Shown here: piece by piece, positions 38,489 through 47,622 of the stretch | Layout: each line of letters begins with the position of its first letter | How positions within the stretch are numbered: position 1 is the first letter of the stretch | Assembly (NCBI GenBank): GCA_016184455.1 | Contig: JACPCS010000055.1 | Span: 1-57,911, forward strand | DNA: 57,911 nucleotides | DNA from: Acidobacteriota bacterium | Lineage (GTDB): Bacteria > Acidobacteriota > Vicinamibacteria > Vicinamibacterales > UBA2999 | Reading direction: 5' to 3' | Notes under the pieces: generated by a model | Told to the model about the DNA's origin: nothing | Database searches by the model: none | The model's input: the letters and a program-made list of their open reading frames with translations, nothing else | Position numbers and translations under genes: made by a program

Positions 38489-39813
38489 CGCTCACCACCG
38501 ATCTCTACGAGCTGACGATGATGGCCGGCTATTACACGGCCGGCCTGGTCGCGCCGGCGACCTTCGAGCTGTACGTGCGGGAGCTGCCGCCCAACCGCTC
38601 GTTTCTCGTCGCGGCGGGCCTCGAGCAGGCGCTCGACTACCTGGAGCACCTGCGGTTCACGAGTGACGACATCGCGCATCTCCGCGAGCTGCCGGCGCTG
38701 CAGGGAGTCCGGCGCGACTTCTTCGACGACTATCTTCCCCGGTTCCGGTTCACCGGTGAAGTCTGGGCCGTGCCCGAAGGCGTGCCGCTGTTTCCGCCCG
38801 CGCCGCTGCTGCGCGTGACGGCCCCGATGCCGGAGGCCCAGCTTGTCGAGACGGCGCTGCTCGCGCTCGTCGCATTTCAGACCTCCGTCGCCAGCCGCGC
38901 CGCGCGGATGGTCGAGGCCGCCGCCGGCCGGAGTGTCGTCGAGTTCGGCGCGCGCCGCGCGCACGGCCTCGAGGCAGCGGTGCTCGCTGCGCGCGCGGCG
39001 TACATTGCCGGCTGTGAGTCGACCTCCAACGTCGAAGCCGGCCGACGATTCGGGATTCCGGTGTCGGGGACAATGGCCCACTCGTGGGTCACGGCATTCC
39101 CGACGGAGGAAGAAGCGTTCCATCAGTTCGCGGAGGTCTTCGGCGAGCGCACGGTCGTTCTGCTCGACACGTACGACACGGTGGCGGCGGCGCGTTCCGT
39201 CGCCGCGAGCGGCATGAAGCCCGCCGCGGTCCGGCTCGACAGCGGCGACGTCGTGGCGCTGAGCCGCGAGGTGCGCGCCATTCTCGATGGCGCCGGGCTG
39301 CAGGCGACCCGGATCTTCGCGAGCGGTGATCTCGACGAGTGGCGCATCGCCGCGATCCTCGCCGCCGGTGCGCCGATCGACGGTTTCGGCGTCGGCGCGG
39401 CGCTGAGCACGGCGAGCGACGCGCCGTCGCTCGGGGCGGTGTACAAGCTCGTCGAGATCGAGCGGGGCGGCGCGTCCGTGCCGGTGATGAAGCGCAGCCC
39501 GGGCAAGGCGACGCACCCGGGCCGCAAGCAGGTGTGGCGGCGCTTCGGACGCGACATCGCCGCCGAAGACGTGATCGAGCTGGCCGACGCGTCCGTGCCG
39601 GACGCGCCTCCGGGGCGGCACGAGCCGCTGCTCGTGCCGGTGATGCGGGCCGGCCGGCGCGACCAACAGGTGCGTCCGACCGCGGAGCTGCGCGCGCGCA
39701 GCCTGACCGAGGTCGCGCGGCTGCCGCGCGACGTGCGTCGTCTCGCCGAGGCCGCGCCCTATCCGGTGCGAATTGGACCAGCGCTGCAGCGCGCGATCGA
39801 TGCGCTCCGCTGA
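38476..39813 (+). CDS. pncB: Nicotinate phosphoribosyltransferase
   Basis: 'LTTDLYELTMMAGY' and 'GTMAHSWV' are classic NAPRTase blocks. It starts at an internal ATG of a long ORF. Confidence 0.9.
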   Translation: MQSLALTTDLYELTMMAGYYTAGLVAPATFELYVRELPPNRSFLVAAGLEQALDYLEHLRFTSDDIAHLRELPALQGVRRDFFDDYLPRFRFTGEVWAVPEGVPLFPPAPLLRVTAPMPEAQLVETALLALVAFQTSVASRAARMVEAAAGRSVVEFGARRAHGLEAAVLAARAAYIAGCESTSNVEAGRRFGIPVSGTMAHSWVTAFPTEEEAFHQFAEVFGERTVVLLDTYDTVAAARSVAASGMKPAAVRLDSGDVVALSREVRAILDGAGLQATRIFASGDLDEWRIAAILAAGAPIDGFGVGAALSTASDAPSLGAVYKLVEIERGGASVPVMKRSPGKATHPGRKQVWRRFGRDIAAEDVIELADASVPDAPPGRHEPLLVPVMRAGRRDQQVRPTAELRARSLTEVARLPRDVRRLAEAAPYPVRIGPALQRAIDALR

Positions 39814-39817
39814 TGGA

Positions 39818-40231
39818 CTACGAGGACGCGCCGAGGGCCGTGGCAGCCTTCTTCACGTCCCGGGGGGCGACCCAGACGATCGCACCGTAGCGTCCGTCGA
39901 CGGTGAGCGCGTCGATCGCGGTGACGTTGATCTTCGCCGTCGCGAGCCGCTCCATCAGCTCGGCCACGGCTCCAATCCGGTTGTCGCCCTGGACCAGGAA
40001 TCCGCGCTTCGGTCCGACGACGCGCCATTTGGCGCGTTTGGCCGCCTGTTTGAACGCCGCCGGATCGACGGGGATGAAATCGAGCTGCGATTTGCGCCCT
40101 TCGGGAAAGCCCGAAAAGGCAAGCAGGTCGATGCCGCTCTCCTGCAGCGTCCTCAGGGCGCGCGCCCCCTCGCCCGGCTTGTCGGGTGCGGTGACGTAGA
40201 AATATTCAACGAGTCGAATCGTGTCTGGCAT
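39818..40231 (-). CDS. ACT-domain-like small protein
   Basis: Two beta-alpha-beta-beta-alpha-beta-like halves. GGAGAGG RBS 7 nt before ATG 40231. Confidence 0.5.
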   Translation of the reverse strand: MPDTIRLVEYFYVTAPDKPGEGARALRTLQESGIDLLAFSGFPEGRKSQLDFIPVDPAAFKQAAKRAKWRVVGPKRGFLVQGDNRIGAVAELMERLATAKINVTAIDALTVDGRYGAIVWVAPRDVKKAATALGASS

Positions 40232-40250
40232 GGGATGGCCTCTCCCCATT

Positions 40251-40330
40251 TGCGATTTGTGATTTGTGATTTGTGATTGGCGATTGTGCGGCTACATCAC
40301 ATCACAAATCACCAATCACACATCACAAAT
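40251..40330. repeat. AT-rich imperfect palindrome built from heptad repeats (TGATTTG x n, then complementary CACAAAT-like repeats)
   Basis: 'cgatttgtgatttgtgatttgtgattggcgattgtgcg-gcta-catcacatcacaaatcaccaatcacacatcacaaatg' has arms of about 36 bp. The right arm encodes the last 5 codons of the 40316-42220 gene. The left arm abuts the start of the ACT gene. Confidence 0.6.
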
Positions 40331-42220
40331 GATCTGGAGCTCGCCGGTGCGCCGCAGCACCGTGACGCCGACGTCGTGGGCATGCCGTGTCAGCAGCAGA
40401 TCGACGTCGGATCCGGCGATCGACAGGTTGTCGATGCGCAGCCACTCGAGTCGGTCGGGGAGCACGGCGCGGGAGAACGACAGCCGCCGTTCGGAGGCGT
40501 CGATGCGGAGGCCGAGGCAGGCCGAGACCAGCAGATACACGGCGCCGGCGGCCCAGGCCTGCGGCGCGCAGGCGACCGGGTAGAGCGTCGGGCCGTCACG
40601 GCCGCGCCGGTGAAAGCCGCACATCAGCTCGGGCAGCCGGTGCAGATCGACCGTCTCGCTCAGGTCGAACATGGCCGTCAGCACGCGTGCGGCCGCGCCT
40701 GTCAGGCCGTAGCGCGCGAAGCCGGCGGCGATGAGCGCGTTGTCGTGCGGCCAGATCGATCCGTTGTGGTACGACATCGGGTTGTAGCGCCACTCGCCCG
40801 CCGCGACCGTCCGGATGCCCCAGCCCGCGAACGACGCATCCGAGAGCAGCGTGTCCGCCACGCGCCGCGCGCGGTCGGGCCCCACGAGGCCGGTGAGCAG
40901 ACAGTGTCCGGGATTCGAGGTGCGGACGCGGCACGGACGCTTCCCTCCGTCGAGGGCCAGCGCGTAGGTGCCCAGGTCCTCGCACCAGAACGCCTCTTCG
41001 AAGCGCGCCTGGAGCGCCGCGGCGCGGGCGCGCCACCCCTCCGCCTGGCCCGGGCTGCCGGCGACGACCGCGAGCCGCGCGGCGCCCATCCACGCCCCAT
41101 AGGCGTATCCCTGCACCTCGCAGATTGCGATCGGCGGCTCGGCCAGAGAGCCATCCGCATGGAAAACGGAATCGGCGGAATCCTTCCAGCCCTGCTGGAC
41201 GAGGCCGGTCTCGCTGCGGCGCGCGTACTCGATGAAGCCGTCGCCGTCGATGTCGCCGAACTGGTCCATCCAGTCGAGGGCCGCCAGGACGTGCGGCCAC
41301 AGCCGCGCGATGAACGCCGCATCGCCCGTCCGCTCGAAGTAGGCGTCGGCGAGCATCACGAAGAGCGGCGTTGCGTCCGCCGAGCCGTAGTAGCGGCCGA
41401 ACGGGATCTCGCCGAGCGCCGCCATTTCGCCGCCGCGCATCTCGTGCAGGATTTTGCCCGGCTGTCCGTCTCGGGCATCGTCGATGGAGGTGGCCTGGGT
41501 TTCGGCAAGAAACGTCAGCACCCCGCGCGCGACGTCGGGCGCGGCCCAGAGCAGTTCGAGCGCCGTGATGAGGCCGTCGCGTCCGAACGGCGTGCTGAAC
41601 CACGGGATGCCGGCGTAGGGATAGGGCCCGTGCGCCGTGTCGGTGATCATCATCCCGAGATCGGCCGACGAGCGCCGGAACCAGCGGTTGAACGATTCGT
41701 TCGAGGTGACGAGACGGCAGTCGCGGGCGCGGCGGAGGGCGACGCGCTCTCTGAGCCGGCCGAACAGCTCGTCGAACGGTGCCGTCTCCCGCCGATCGTC
41801 GTCGATCTCGCACGACACGGCGATCTCGATGTCCTCGACCGCGTGCGGCTCGAGCAGCAGGCGGAACACGAACGTACCGTCGTCGATCCGCTCGGGCCCG
41901 GGCGCCGACTCGACCCGCGTCCGCCGCTCGATCCCGTCGAGGCCGAGGTATCGGAGCACCATGCGTGGACCGCCGACGGCAGGGAGGCACCCTCCGCGCA
42001 CGTGCGGGCTCAGGAAGTCGCGGCAGTGGCTCAGGCGCAGCGCTTCGGGCCAGACGCCGACCAGCGTCGCCCGCGTCTCGGAGTCGGCCGTCGCAAACAG
42101 CGTCACGTCGTGTCCGAGATGGACGAGCTCGTCGGTCAGAAATGCGACGACGCGCTCCGTGCCGCCGTACAAACGCGGCGGCACACGTTCACACAGTGGA
42201 GCAACCTGCGCAATTCTCAT
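40316..42220 (-). CDS. Amylo-alpha-1,6-glucosidase / glycogen-debranching-enzyme-type (GDE_C) glycoside hydrolase. The first ~60 aa look like a glycosyltransferase-family-4 N-terminus.
   Basis: 'GPYPYAGIPWFSTPFGRDGLITALE', 'GKILHEMRGGEMA', 'QGWKDS' are GDE/GH133-like blocks. N-terminal 'MRIAQVAPLCERVPPRLYGGTERVVAFLTDELVHLGHDVTLFA' is a GT4-type motif. Confidence 0.8.
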   Translation of the reverse strand: MRIAQVAPLCERVPPRLYGGTERVVAFLTDELVHLGHDVTLFATADSETRATLVGVWPEALRLSHCRDFLSPHVRGGCLPAVGGPRMVLRYLGLDGIERRTRVESAPGPERIDDGTFVFRLLLEPHAVEDIEIAVSCEIDDDRRETAPFDELFGRLRERVALRRARDCRLVTSNESFNRWFRRSSADLGMMITDTAHGPYPYAGIPWFSTPFGRDGLITALELLWAAPDVARGVLTFLAETQATSIDDARDGQPGKILHEMRGGEMAALGEIPFGRYYGSADATPLFVMLADAYFERTGDAAFIARLWPHVLAALDWMDQFGDIDGDGFIEYARRSETGLVQQGWKDSADSVFHADGSLAEPPIAICEVQGYAYGAWMGAARLAVVAGSPGQAEGWRARAAALQARFEEAFWCEDLGTYALALDGGKRPCRVRTSNPGHCLLTGLVGPDRARRVADTLLSDASFAGWGIRTVAAGEWRYNPMSYHNGSIWPHDNALIAAGFARYGLTGAAARVLTAMFDLSETVDLHRLPELMCGFHRRGRDGPTLYPVACAPQAWAAGAVYLLVSACLGLRIDASERRLSFSRAVLPDRLEWLRIDNLSIAGSDVDLLLTRHAHDVGVTVLRRTGELQIICDV

Positions 42221-42261
42221 TGGTCGGGCTTGCCGACTGCAATCCGCGTACTCGGGTTTTC

Positions 42262-42320
42262 ACGGCCGTGGTGGCCGGCTTCAGCCGGCCCTCAGGTCCG
42301 CCTGAAGGCGGACGCTACGG
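42262..42320. repeat. REP-like pair (type A variant plus type B)
   Basis: 'gccgtggtggccggcttcagccggcc' and 'gtccgcctgaaggcggacgctacgg'. Type B overlaps the stop of the 42315-42701 gene. Confidence 0.55.
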
Positions 42321-42701
42321 CCCGCGGCGCCGCGCCGTTGGTCGCTGGAGCAGTGCCGCCGCCACGTTGGCGATCTGCCCGATCGTGGCCGGCCGGGCGA
42401 CGACGTGGAAGCCGCGCCGCCGCACCTCGTCGGGTGAGAGCGCGCCGAGCGCCGTGATCACGAGGACGCGGTTCGGCGGGAAGAGCGCGCGGACGTCGTC
42501 GAGCACGGCGCCGGGGTCGTCGAGTCCGTGCAGGTCGATGAGCAGCAGCCGCGGCTGCTGCGGCCGGCGGAGGAACTGCCGCGGAATCGGCCACGCGTTG
42601 GTCGCAACCACTTCGTAGCCGTCCTCGGTGAGCTGCGCGCGAAGGAGCGCGCGCGCCGGCCACTCGGGCCCCAGGAGCACGATGTCGGGTGCGCTCTTCA
42701 T
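42315..42701 (-). CDS. Stand-alone receiver-like (pseudo-receiver) domain protein
   Basis: CheY-like alternating pattern 'DIVLLG...LLLIDLHGLDD...VLVITA'. It lacks the N-terminal acidic pair and the conserved Lys. Confidence 0.35.
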   Translation of the reverse strand: MKSAPDIVLLGPEWPARALLRAQLTEDGYEVVATNAWPIPRQFLRRPQQPRLLLIDLHGLDDPGAVLDDVRALFPPNRVLVITALGALSPDEVRRRGFHVVARPATIGQIANVAAALLQRPTARRRGP

Positions 42702-43080
42702 GGCCGAGCTTGCGATGGCGCGCCGCCGAGCCGCACGATCGTGCTGTGACTCACGCCGTTGCCTCCGGGTTCCGATCGATCATCGGCCACCGGCTCGAAG
42801 CCGCGCATCGGCTGCTCGCGTCGCGGTGGCTCGAACAGCTGACCTCGCTCGTCGCGGTCGAGCCCAACGAGCGGATGCGCCCGTTACACCCCGAACTGCG
42901 TCAGATGATGGTTCACATGCTTCGCGTGGAGCCGGCTGACCTCTGATCCCGGCATTGGGCCCAGCATCGGGTGGGCCGGCCATTCGGTCTCGAGATCCAT
43001 CGACGCGACGCGCGCGCGGCAGGACGCGTCGTGGAGATTGCGCATGGACACCCCCTTAAGCACCCCACCGCGCACACACC

Positions 43081-43140
43081 GCGCGACGCCACCCCACCGC
43101 GCAGGCGTGCGCGGTGGGGACCCCGCGTTGGGGGCCCCGC
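43081..43140. repeat. GC-rich ~60-bp palindromic repeat, copy 2
   Basis: 'gcgcgacgccaccccaccgcgcaggcgtgcgcggtggggaccccgcgttgggggccccgc' differs from copy 1 at only a few positions. It is preceded by a partial duplication of 'caccccaccgcgca'. Confidence 0.55.
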
Positions 43141-43301
43141 TGTGATGAGGCGCGATTCTAACAGGCCCCAGGCCTCAGGTGGGTGGCAGGGTTGCCGCGG
43201 AGTTCCCGCCGCGGACCCTTAAGTGGCGATCCGGTTCCATCGGCGGCCCGTTTTCGCGCGTTTGGAGCCGGTTCGCATCTTGCGTTGCGGCGCAGTGCCG
43301 T

Positions 43302-44024
43302 ATGCGGACTGCCTCTGCTCGAATCGTGCTGTTGGTTGTTGCGCTGCTCGTCGCGTCCTGCAACACCGAACGGCAATCATCGCCCACTGCACCGAGCGCA
43401 CTGCCGTCGCTGGCTGATGTGACACCCCCAGTACAGGAGTACTGGGTGACGCTGGCCGACGAGACGCCGCCGCCCGAAGAACCGGGGCCCGAGCCGGAGC
43501 CGGCCCCTGCGCCCGCGCCAGCCCCGGCGCCCGCTCCGACGCCAGCGCCTGCGCCGGCACCAGCACCCGCGCCGACGCCCGCGCCGGCACCCGGAAGCGG
43601 GCCATGGAACCCCGGACCTCCGCCGTCGGCTCAACCGGGCGTGCCGGTGCCCACGCCGCCGTCCACGCACTTCCGGGTCATGCTGAAGGTCGATCCCGAG
43701 CCGGTCGCGCACAGCGGCAAGCCAATCACCGACGTCGCGGCCTGCCGCAACCTGAAGTACACCTGGTACTACGACCAGATCGTGCACGCCGAGACCGGGA
43801 TCGGCATCACGATCCAGTGGCGGGAGAACTTCTTCGACGGCCGCTTCACGAGCAAGAACAGCGAGAAGATCTGGATCAAGGGCAACGGCACGGTCGTGCT
43901 GAAGACGCGCTGGTGCAGCGCCTTCGGTCGGTTTCACTACACGCAGGCGCGGTTCAGGTTTACCGACGACGAGGGAGGCCAGTTCGAGGTCAGCGGGCCC
44001 TGGGTACGCCTGAATGCCCCGTAG
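43302..44024 (+). CDS. Lipoprotein with an (AP)n linker and a C-terminal beta-rich domain
   Basis: Lipobox 'LLVASC'. Linker 'PEPEPAPAPAPAPAPAPTPAPAPAPAPAPTPAPAP'. The start is set at an internal ATG with a signal peptide. Confidence 0.55.
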   Translation: MRTASARIVLLVVALLVASCNTERQSSPTAPSALPSLADVTPPVQEYWVTLADETPPPEEPGPEPEPAPAPAPAPAPAPTPAPAPAPAPAPTPAPAPGSGPWNPGPPPSAQPGVPVPTPPSTHFRVMLKVDPEPVAHSGKPITDVAACRNLKYTWYYDQIVHAETGIGITIQWRENFFDGRFTSKNSEKIWIKGNGTVVLKTRWCSAFGRFHYTQARFRFTDDEGGQFEVSGPWVRLNAP

Positions 44025-44854
44025 TCACCGTTCGAATTCGATGATGTAGTCGGATCGGCCGGTCAGCAGAAAGCGCGCGCGCTGGCCGGCCTCCCGGTCC
44101 GTGCCGCGGGCCGGCTCGAGCCCCGCCACCTGCGGATACCAGCCGCCGCCGTTCAGGATCTTCCGCGGCGCGCTCCACGCACGCGGATCGTCGAGCCGGT
44201 CGGCGTACGACACGTAGATCCCTTCGTTGTCGAACCGCTCGTTCGCTGCCCGATTCATCAGCATGACGTAGCGGTTCACATAATGATTCCAGTGGATGGA
44301 AGGCCCCCAGAAGATGCGCCGTTGCGCCAGATGGTCACGCGTCCCACCGGCGCATCACGATCGGCCCACGCGAGCCGCGCCACGGCGATCCCCTGATCGG
44401 AGGGCGTCTTCGAGTACTGACTGAAATAGAGGAAGAGACTCGTCTTCGTGTGATCGAGCACGGCGCTGACGTCGCCGATGCCGCCAAGGACGAACCGGTT
44501 CGACGAGTCGCAGGCGAGGCTGTCGGCCGGCGCTTCCAGGATGAACCCCAGGTGCTCCCACGTGCTGCCGTAATCGGTCGACCGGACGGCGCCGAGCCGC
44601 GGGATGAACCGGTCGCCGCGGCCGCACGCCTCGGCGGGGCGTTCGTGATGGTAGTAGCCGTACCACGCGCCGCTCTCGTCGGGAACGATGCTTTCGATCC
44701 AGATGCCGTGCCCCGGGTGCGGCACGACGGTCGCGGGGCCGGCCTGCTGTATCTGGTCGAGCGACGCACCCGAGTGGCGCGCCGGAATGCCGCCGAACGA
44801 GGTCAGCGCGAACAGGCGCCAGCGGCCATCCACCAATTCCCACGCGAGCGGCAC
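44025..44854 (-). pseudogene. Degraded tandem duplicate of the 44903-45982 gene. It lacks the signal peptide and N-terminal ~50 aa, and it has a frameshift and an internal deletion.
   Basis: Two ORFs (44276-44854 and 44025-44279) together align with the upstream paralog: 'WELVDGRWRLFAL...WYGYYHHERPAEACGR...ARLAWADRDAPVGRV' and 'NRYVMLMNRA...SAPRKIL...YPQVAGLEP'. Confidence 0.55.
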
Positions 44855-44902
44855 GTTGGAGTCGACCCAGACGTGGGGCGGCAGGCATCTGGCGGAGATG
44901 GC

Positions 44903-45982
44903 TCAGCGCAGGAAGTCGATGTAGTAGTCGGAGCGGCCCTGGACGAAGAACCGGGAGCGCCGGCCCGCGTCGCGGTCGGTGCCTGTCTTCGGATCGAGGC
45001 CCGCGACCTGGGGGTACCACGCCGGCCGATCGAGAATCTTCCGCGGCGCGCTCCATTGCCGCGGGTCTCGCAGCGTGCGCGCGTACGAGATGTAGATCCC
45101 GCTGCTGTTGAAGTCCTCGTCGCGCGCGCGGCTGAGCAGCATGACGTAGCGTTCGAGATACCGATTCCAATGCACGGAGGGTCCCCAGAAGGCGTCGGCC
45201 TCGGGCGCCCCGTCGTGCCACGGCCTGGTGACGGGCGCGAGCGGCGTGCCGGCCGGCGACAGCCACACGCCTTCGCTCGTGCGCCGCGGCGGCAGCCAGG
45301 CGCCGTTCACCCACACGAGGACGCGCCCGACCGGGGCGTCGCGATCGGCCCACGCGAGCCGCGCCACCGCGACGCCCTGCTCCGCCGGGATTCTGGAGTA
45401 CTGCGAGAAGAACAGGAACAGATCCGTGCGATCGGGCGCGAGCATGGCGCTCACGTCGCCGACGCCGCCGGCGACGTAGAGATTCGGCGTGGCGCATGCC
45501 AGCGTCTCGGGTGCCGCCTCGAGGATGATGCCGAGATCGCGCCACGTGCGGCCCTGGTCGGTTGATCGCGCCGCCCCGAGCCGGAGGATGAAGCGGTCGA
45601 GCCTGCCGCACCCGTCCGCGGGCCGCTCGTGATGGTAGTAGCCGTACCACGTGCCGTTCTCGTCCGGCACGATACTCTGGATCCACACGCCGTCGCCTGG
45701 GTCGGGCACGAGTGCCACAGGACCGCCGTGCTGCATGCGATCGACCGCGGGGCCCATGAGCCGGGACGGTGCGCCGTTGATCGACGCGAAGGCGAACAGG
45801 CGCCAGACGCCGCCGACCAGCTCCCACACCATCGGGACATTGGAGTCGACGTCGGCCGGCAGCGTGAGCGGCGGCGCCGGCACGAGCCGCACGGATGGCA
45901 ACGGATCGAACTGCGCGCGGGGTGTGGCGAGAAAGGACGTGAGGGATGCGCCGACGAGAAGGAACCCCGCAAGGAACCGCAC
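44903..45982 (-). CDS. Secreted hypothetical protein (359 aa)
   Basis: Signal peptide 'MRFLAGFLLVGASLTSFLATPRAQ'. Conserved blocks are shared with the pseudogene copy. Confidence 0.65.
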   Translation of the reverse strand: MRFLAGFLLVGASLTSFLATPRAQFDPLPSVRLVPAPPLTLPADVDSNVPMVWELVGGVWRLFAFASINGAPSRLMGPAVDRMQHGGPVALVPDPGDGVWIQSIVPDENGTWYGYYHHERPADGCGRLDRFILRLGAARSTDQGRTWRDLGIILEAAPETLACATPNLYVAGGVGDVSAMLAPDRTDLFLFFSQYSRIPAEQGVAVARLAWADRDAPVGRVLVWVNGAWLPPRRTSEGVWLSPAGTPLAPVTRPWHDGAPEADAFWGPSVHWNRYLERYVMLLSRARDEDFNSSGIYISYARTLRDPRQWSAPRKILDRPAWYPQVAGLDPKTGTDRDAGRRSRFFVQGRSDYYIDFLR

Positions 45983-45997
45983 GCGCCGAAGAATATA

Positions 45998-46366
45998 TCA
46001 GCGCGTGCGGGCGTGGGTGGCTGCGCGGGGCGCTACGCTCGCCATGGCCGTCTGGCGCCGCAGCTCCGTGTCGCGCATCCCCTGCTCGAGCGGCGACTCA
46101 CCCTCGGGATACCGGCCCATAGCCTGATTGATCGGGCAGTAGCGCGTCAGGCTGGTGCCGAGGCCCATCGCCGCCAGCGTGCCGCGGGTGTCGCGGCGGA
46201 CGGCGCCGGCCACCGCGAGCGCCATGCCCGCGCCGCCGACGAGGACGCGCGTGGCGGGCGCCCAGTTCGTCTGCAGCACGTCGAGCCGCTGGCCCACGGG
46301 CGCCCGGCCGCCCTGGAGCGCGGGAATGTGCTCGGGCTGCTCGTGTGTTCTCGCGCGAGAGCTCAT
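45998..46366 (-). CDS. Small membrane protein, DUF2892(YgaP-like)-type
   Basis: 'RVLVGGAGMALAVAGA...GTLAAMGLGTSLTRYCPINQAMG' matches the G-rich TM hairpin plus 'CP.Y' signature. Confidence 0.35.
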   Translation of the reverse strand: MSSRARTHEQPEHIPALQGGRAPVGQRLDVLQTNWAPATRVLVGGAGMALAVAGAVRRDTRGTLAAMGLGTSLTRYCPINQAMGRYPEGESPLEQGMRDTELRRQTAMASVAPRAATHARTR

Positions 46367-46454
46367 GCGCAAGCGCGGCAACATCCGTCCCGCGTTGCGG
46401 CTGTGTATTCGCAGGCATGTCTGCCTGCGATTCAATTCCCGCGCCGGGAATACA

Positions 46455-46490
46455 CGTACGTGGCGTCCGGCTTCAGTCCGGCACGTAGGC
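46455..46490. repeat. REP-like element, degenerate type A
   Basis: 'cacgtacgtggcgtccggcttcagtccggcacgtagg'. Confidence 0.45.
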
Positions 46491-46534
46491 CGGGGCCCGC
46501 GAGCTGGAGCAGCGATGCGAGCGGCCCCGGCGTT

Positions 46535-47554
46535 CTACAGCGACGCGAGGTACGCCGCGATCGCGATCATCTCGTCAGGGCTCAGCTTCGCGACGACCGG
46601 ACCCATGAGCTGGCTGTGTCGGGTTCCCTGCTGATAGTTGTATAGCTGCCGTACGGTGTAGCTGACGGTGCGGTCGGCAATCGCGGGCATGTCCCCGACA
46701 CCCTGCAGCGTGGGACCGTGGCAGCCGGCGCACGCCGAGGTCTTCCCGCCACCGGTGGTGACGAGCGACCTGCCTTTCTCGATCGCGCCGAACGGCACGT
46801 AGGCGATGAACCCGGCGTGCGGATCGCGAAGCCGCTCCGTGCGGTCGGGGAACTCGGGCACCTCGATGAACCCCTGGCCGAGCGGTTCATGGCCCGTCTC
46901 GAGCGGGATGAAGAGCCCGGCGGGCGACTGGCGCGTCTTCGGCGCCGTGTCGCTCTCGACCACCTTCACCCAGGGCCGCCACCGGACGGCCGAGTAGTGC
47001 GCCGCGGCGGCCTTCATCTCGGCGTCGGTCAGCAGGCGCGCAATCTGCGTCATCTCGGCGTGATTGGCCTTGCGCGGATCCGCGCTCGTGCGCCCGCCGC
47101 TTCTGAAGAGCGCGAGCTGCTGCAGGAAGTAGTTCACCGGCAGGCCGGTCAGGTGGCCGTTCTCCGGCTTGCCCTGGCCGTTGTGATAGTGGCAGTGCGC
47201 GCACGCGCGCAGCCGGTCGCGCTCATGTCCGTTCTGCACGATCGCGGGGACCGGCTGCGGATGATCCTCGGGGTGCCAGTCGGCCGGGTCGTAGTGCGCC
47301 TGGATCTGTCCGATGGTGAACTTCCGGCTGCTGCCCGGCAGCTCGAGCAAAATGCCGTCGTCGACCCACGGCTTGCCCGGCCGCGAGCACGTGTACGGCT
47401 TCGCGTCGACCGGGCACGGCGGCGGCACCGGATCGGGCCCCGGTGTCACGAACCCGTACGCCCAGGGCAACGGGTTGGGCGCTGCCGTCTGGCCGACGAG
47501 GGCCGCCGTCGTCACGAACAGCAAGAGTGCGAACGCCCCAGCCAGTTTCATCAT
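46535..47554 (-). CDS. Di-haem c-type cytochrome (secreted)
   Basis: Signal peptide and two CxxCH motifs ('CAHCHYHNG', 'CAGCHGPTLQG'). Confidence 0.8.
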   Translation of the reverse strand: MMKLAGAFALLLFVTTAALVGQTAAPNPLPWAYGFVTPGPDPVPPPCPVDAKPYTCSRPGKPWVDDGILLELPGSSRKFTIGQIQAHYDPADWHPEDHPQPVPAIVQNGHERDRLRACAHCHYHNGQGKPENGHLTGLPVNYFLQQLALFRSGGRTSADPRKANHAEMTQIARLLTDAEMKAAAAHYSAVRWRPWVKVVESDTAPKTRQSPAGLFIPLETGHEPLGQGFIEVPEFPDRTERLRDPHAGFIAYVPFGAIEKGRSLVTTGGGKTSACAGCHGPTLQGVGDMPAIADRTVSYTVRQLYNYQQGTRHSQLMGPVVAKLSPDEMIAIAAYLASL

Positions 47555-47582
47555 CGGAAGCGTATTCTATCGGAGGTGGCGA

Positions 47583-47604
47583 GGCGGAGGCCTTCAAGCC
47601 TCCG
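47583..47604. repeat. GC hairpin related to the REP loops (GCGGAGGC-CTTCAAG-GCCTCCGC)
   Basis: Perfect 8-bp stem in a convergent intergenic gap. Confidence 0.4.
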
Positions 47605-47622
47605 CTCGTGGTGCTGTCGCGG

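Noticed and set aside
40277-42457. 726-aa plus-strand ORF, and 40596-41990(-) in another frame, over the debranching-enzyme gene
   Set aside because: Antisense or off-frame. The GDE frame has the catalytic-domain blocks.
42689-43075. Small ORFs 42689-42946(+) and 42884-43075(-) in the 600-bp gap upstream of the 60-bp repeat copy 2
   Set aside because: No RBS, signal or motif could be supported on either strand, and the two overlap on opposite strands. They are left uncalled. A small gene here cannot be excluded.
43440-43620. Highly periodic 'gcgcccgcgcc' DNA in the lipoprotein gene; considered as a possible CRISPR or minisatellite
   Set aside because: It is the coding sequence of an (Ala-Pro)n linker. 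There are no spacers and no cas genes. It is irregular at the nucleotide level. A similar AP tail is at the 3' end of the TPR gene.
44355-46645. ORFs 44355-45827(-), 44450-45565(+) and 45629-46645(+)
   Set aside because: Alternative-frame or antisense products over the tandem duplicate pair and the DUF2892/cytochrome region. The compositions are R/G/A-rich.
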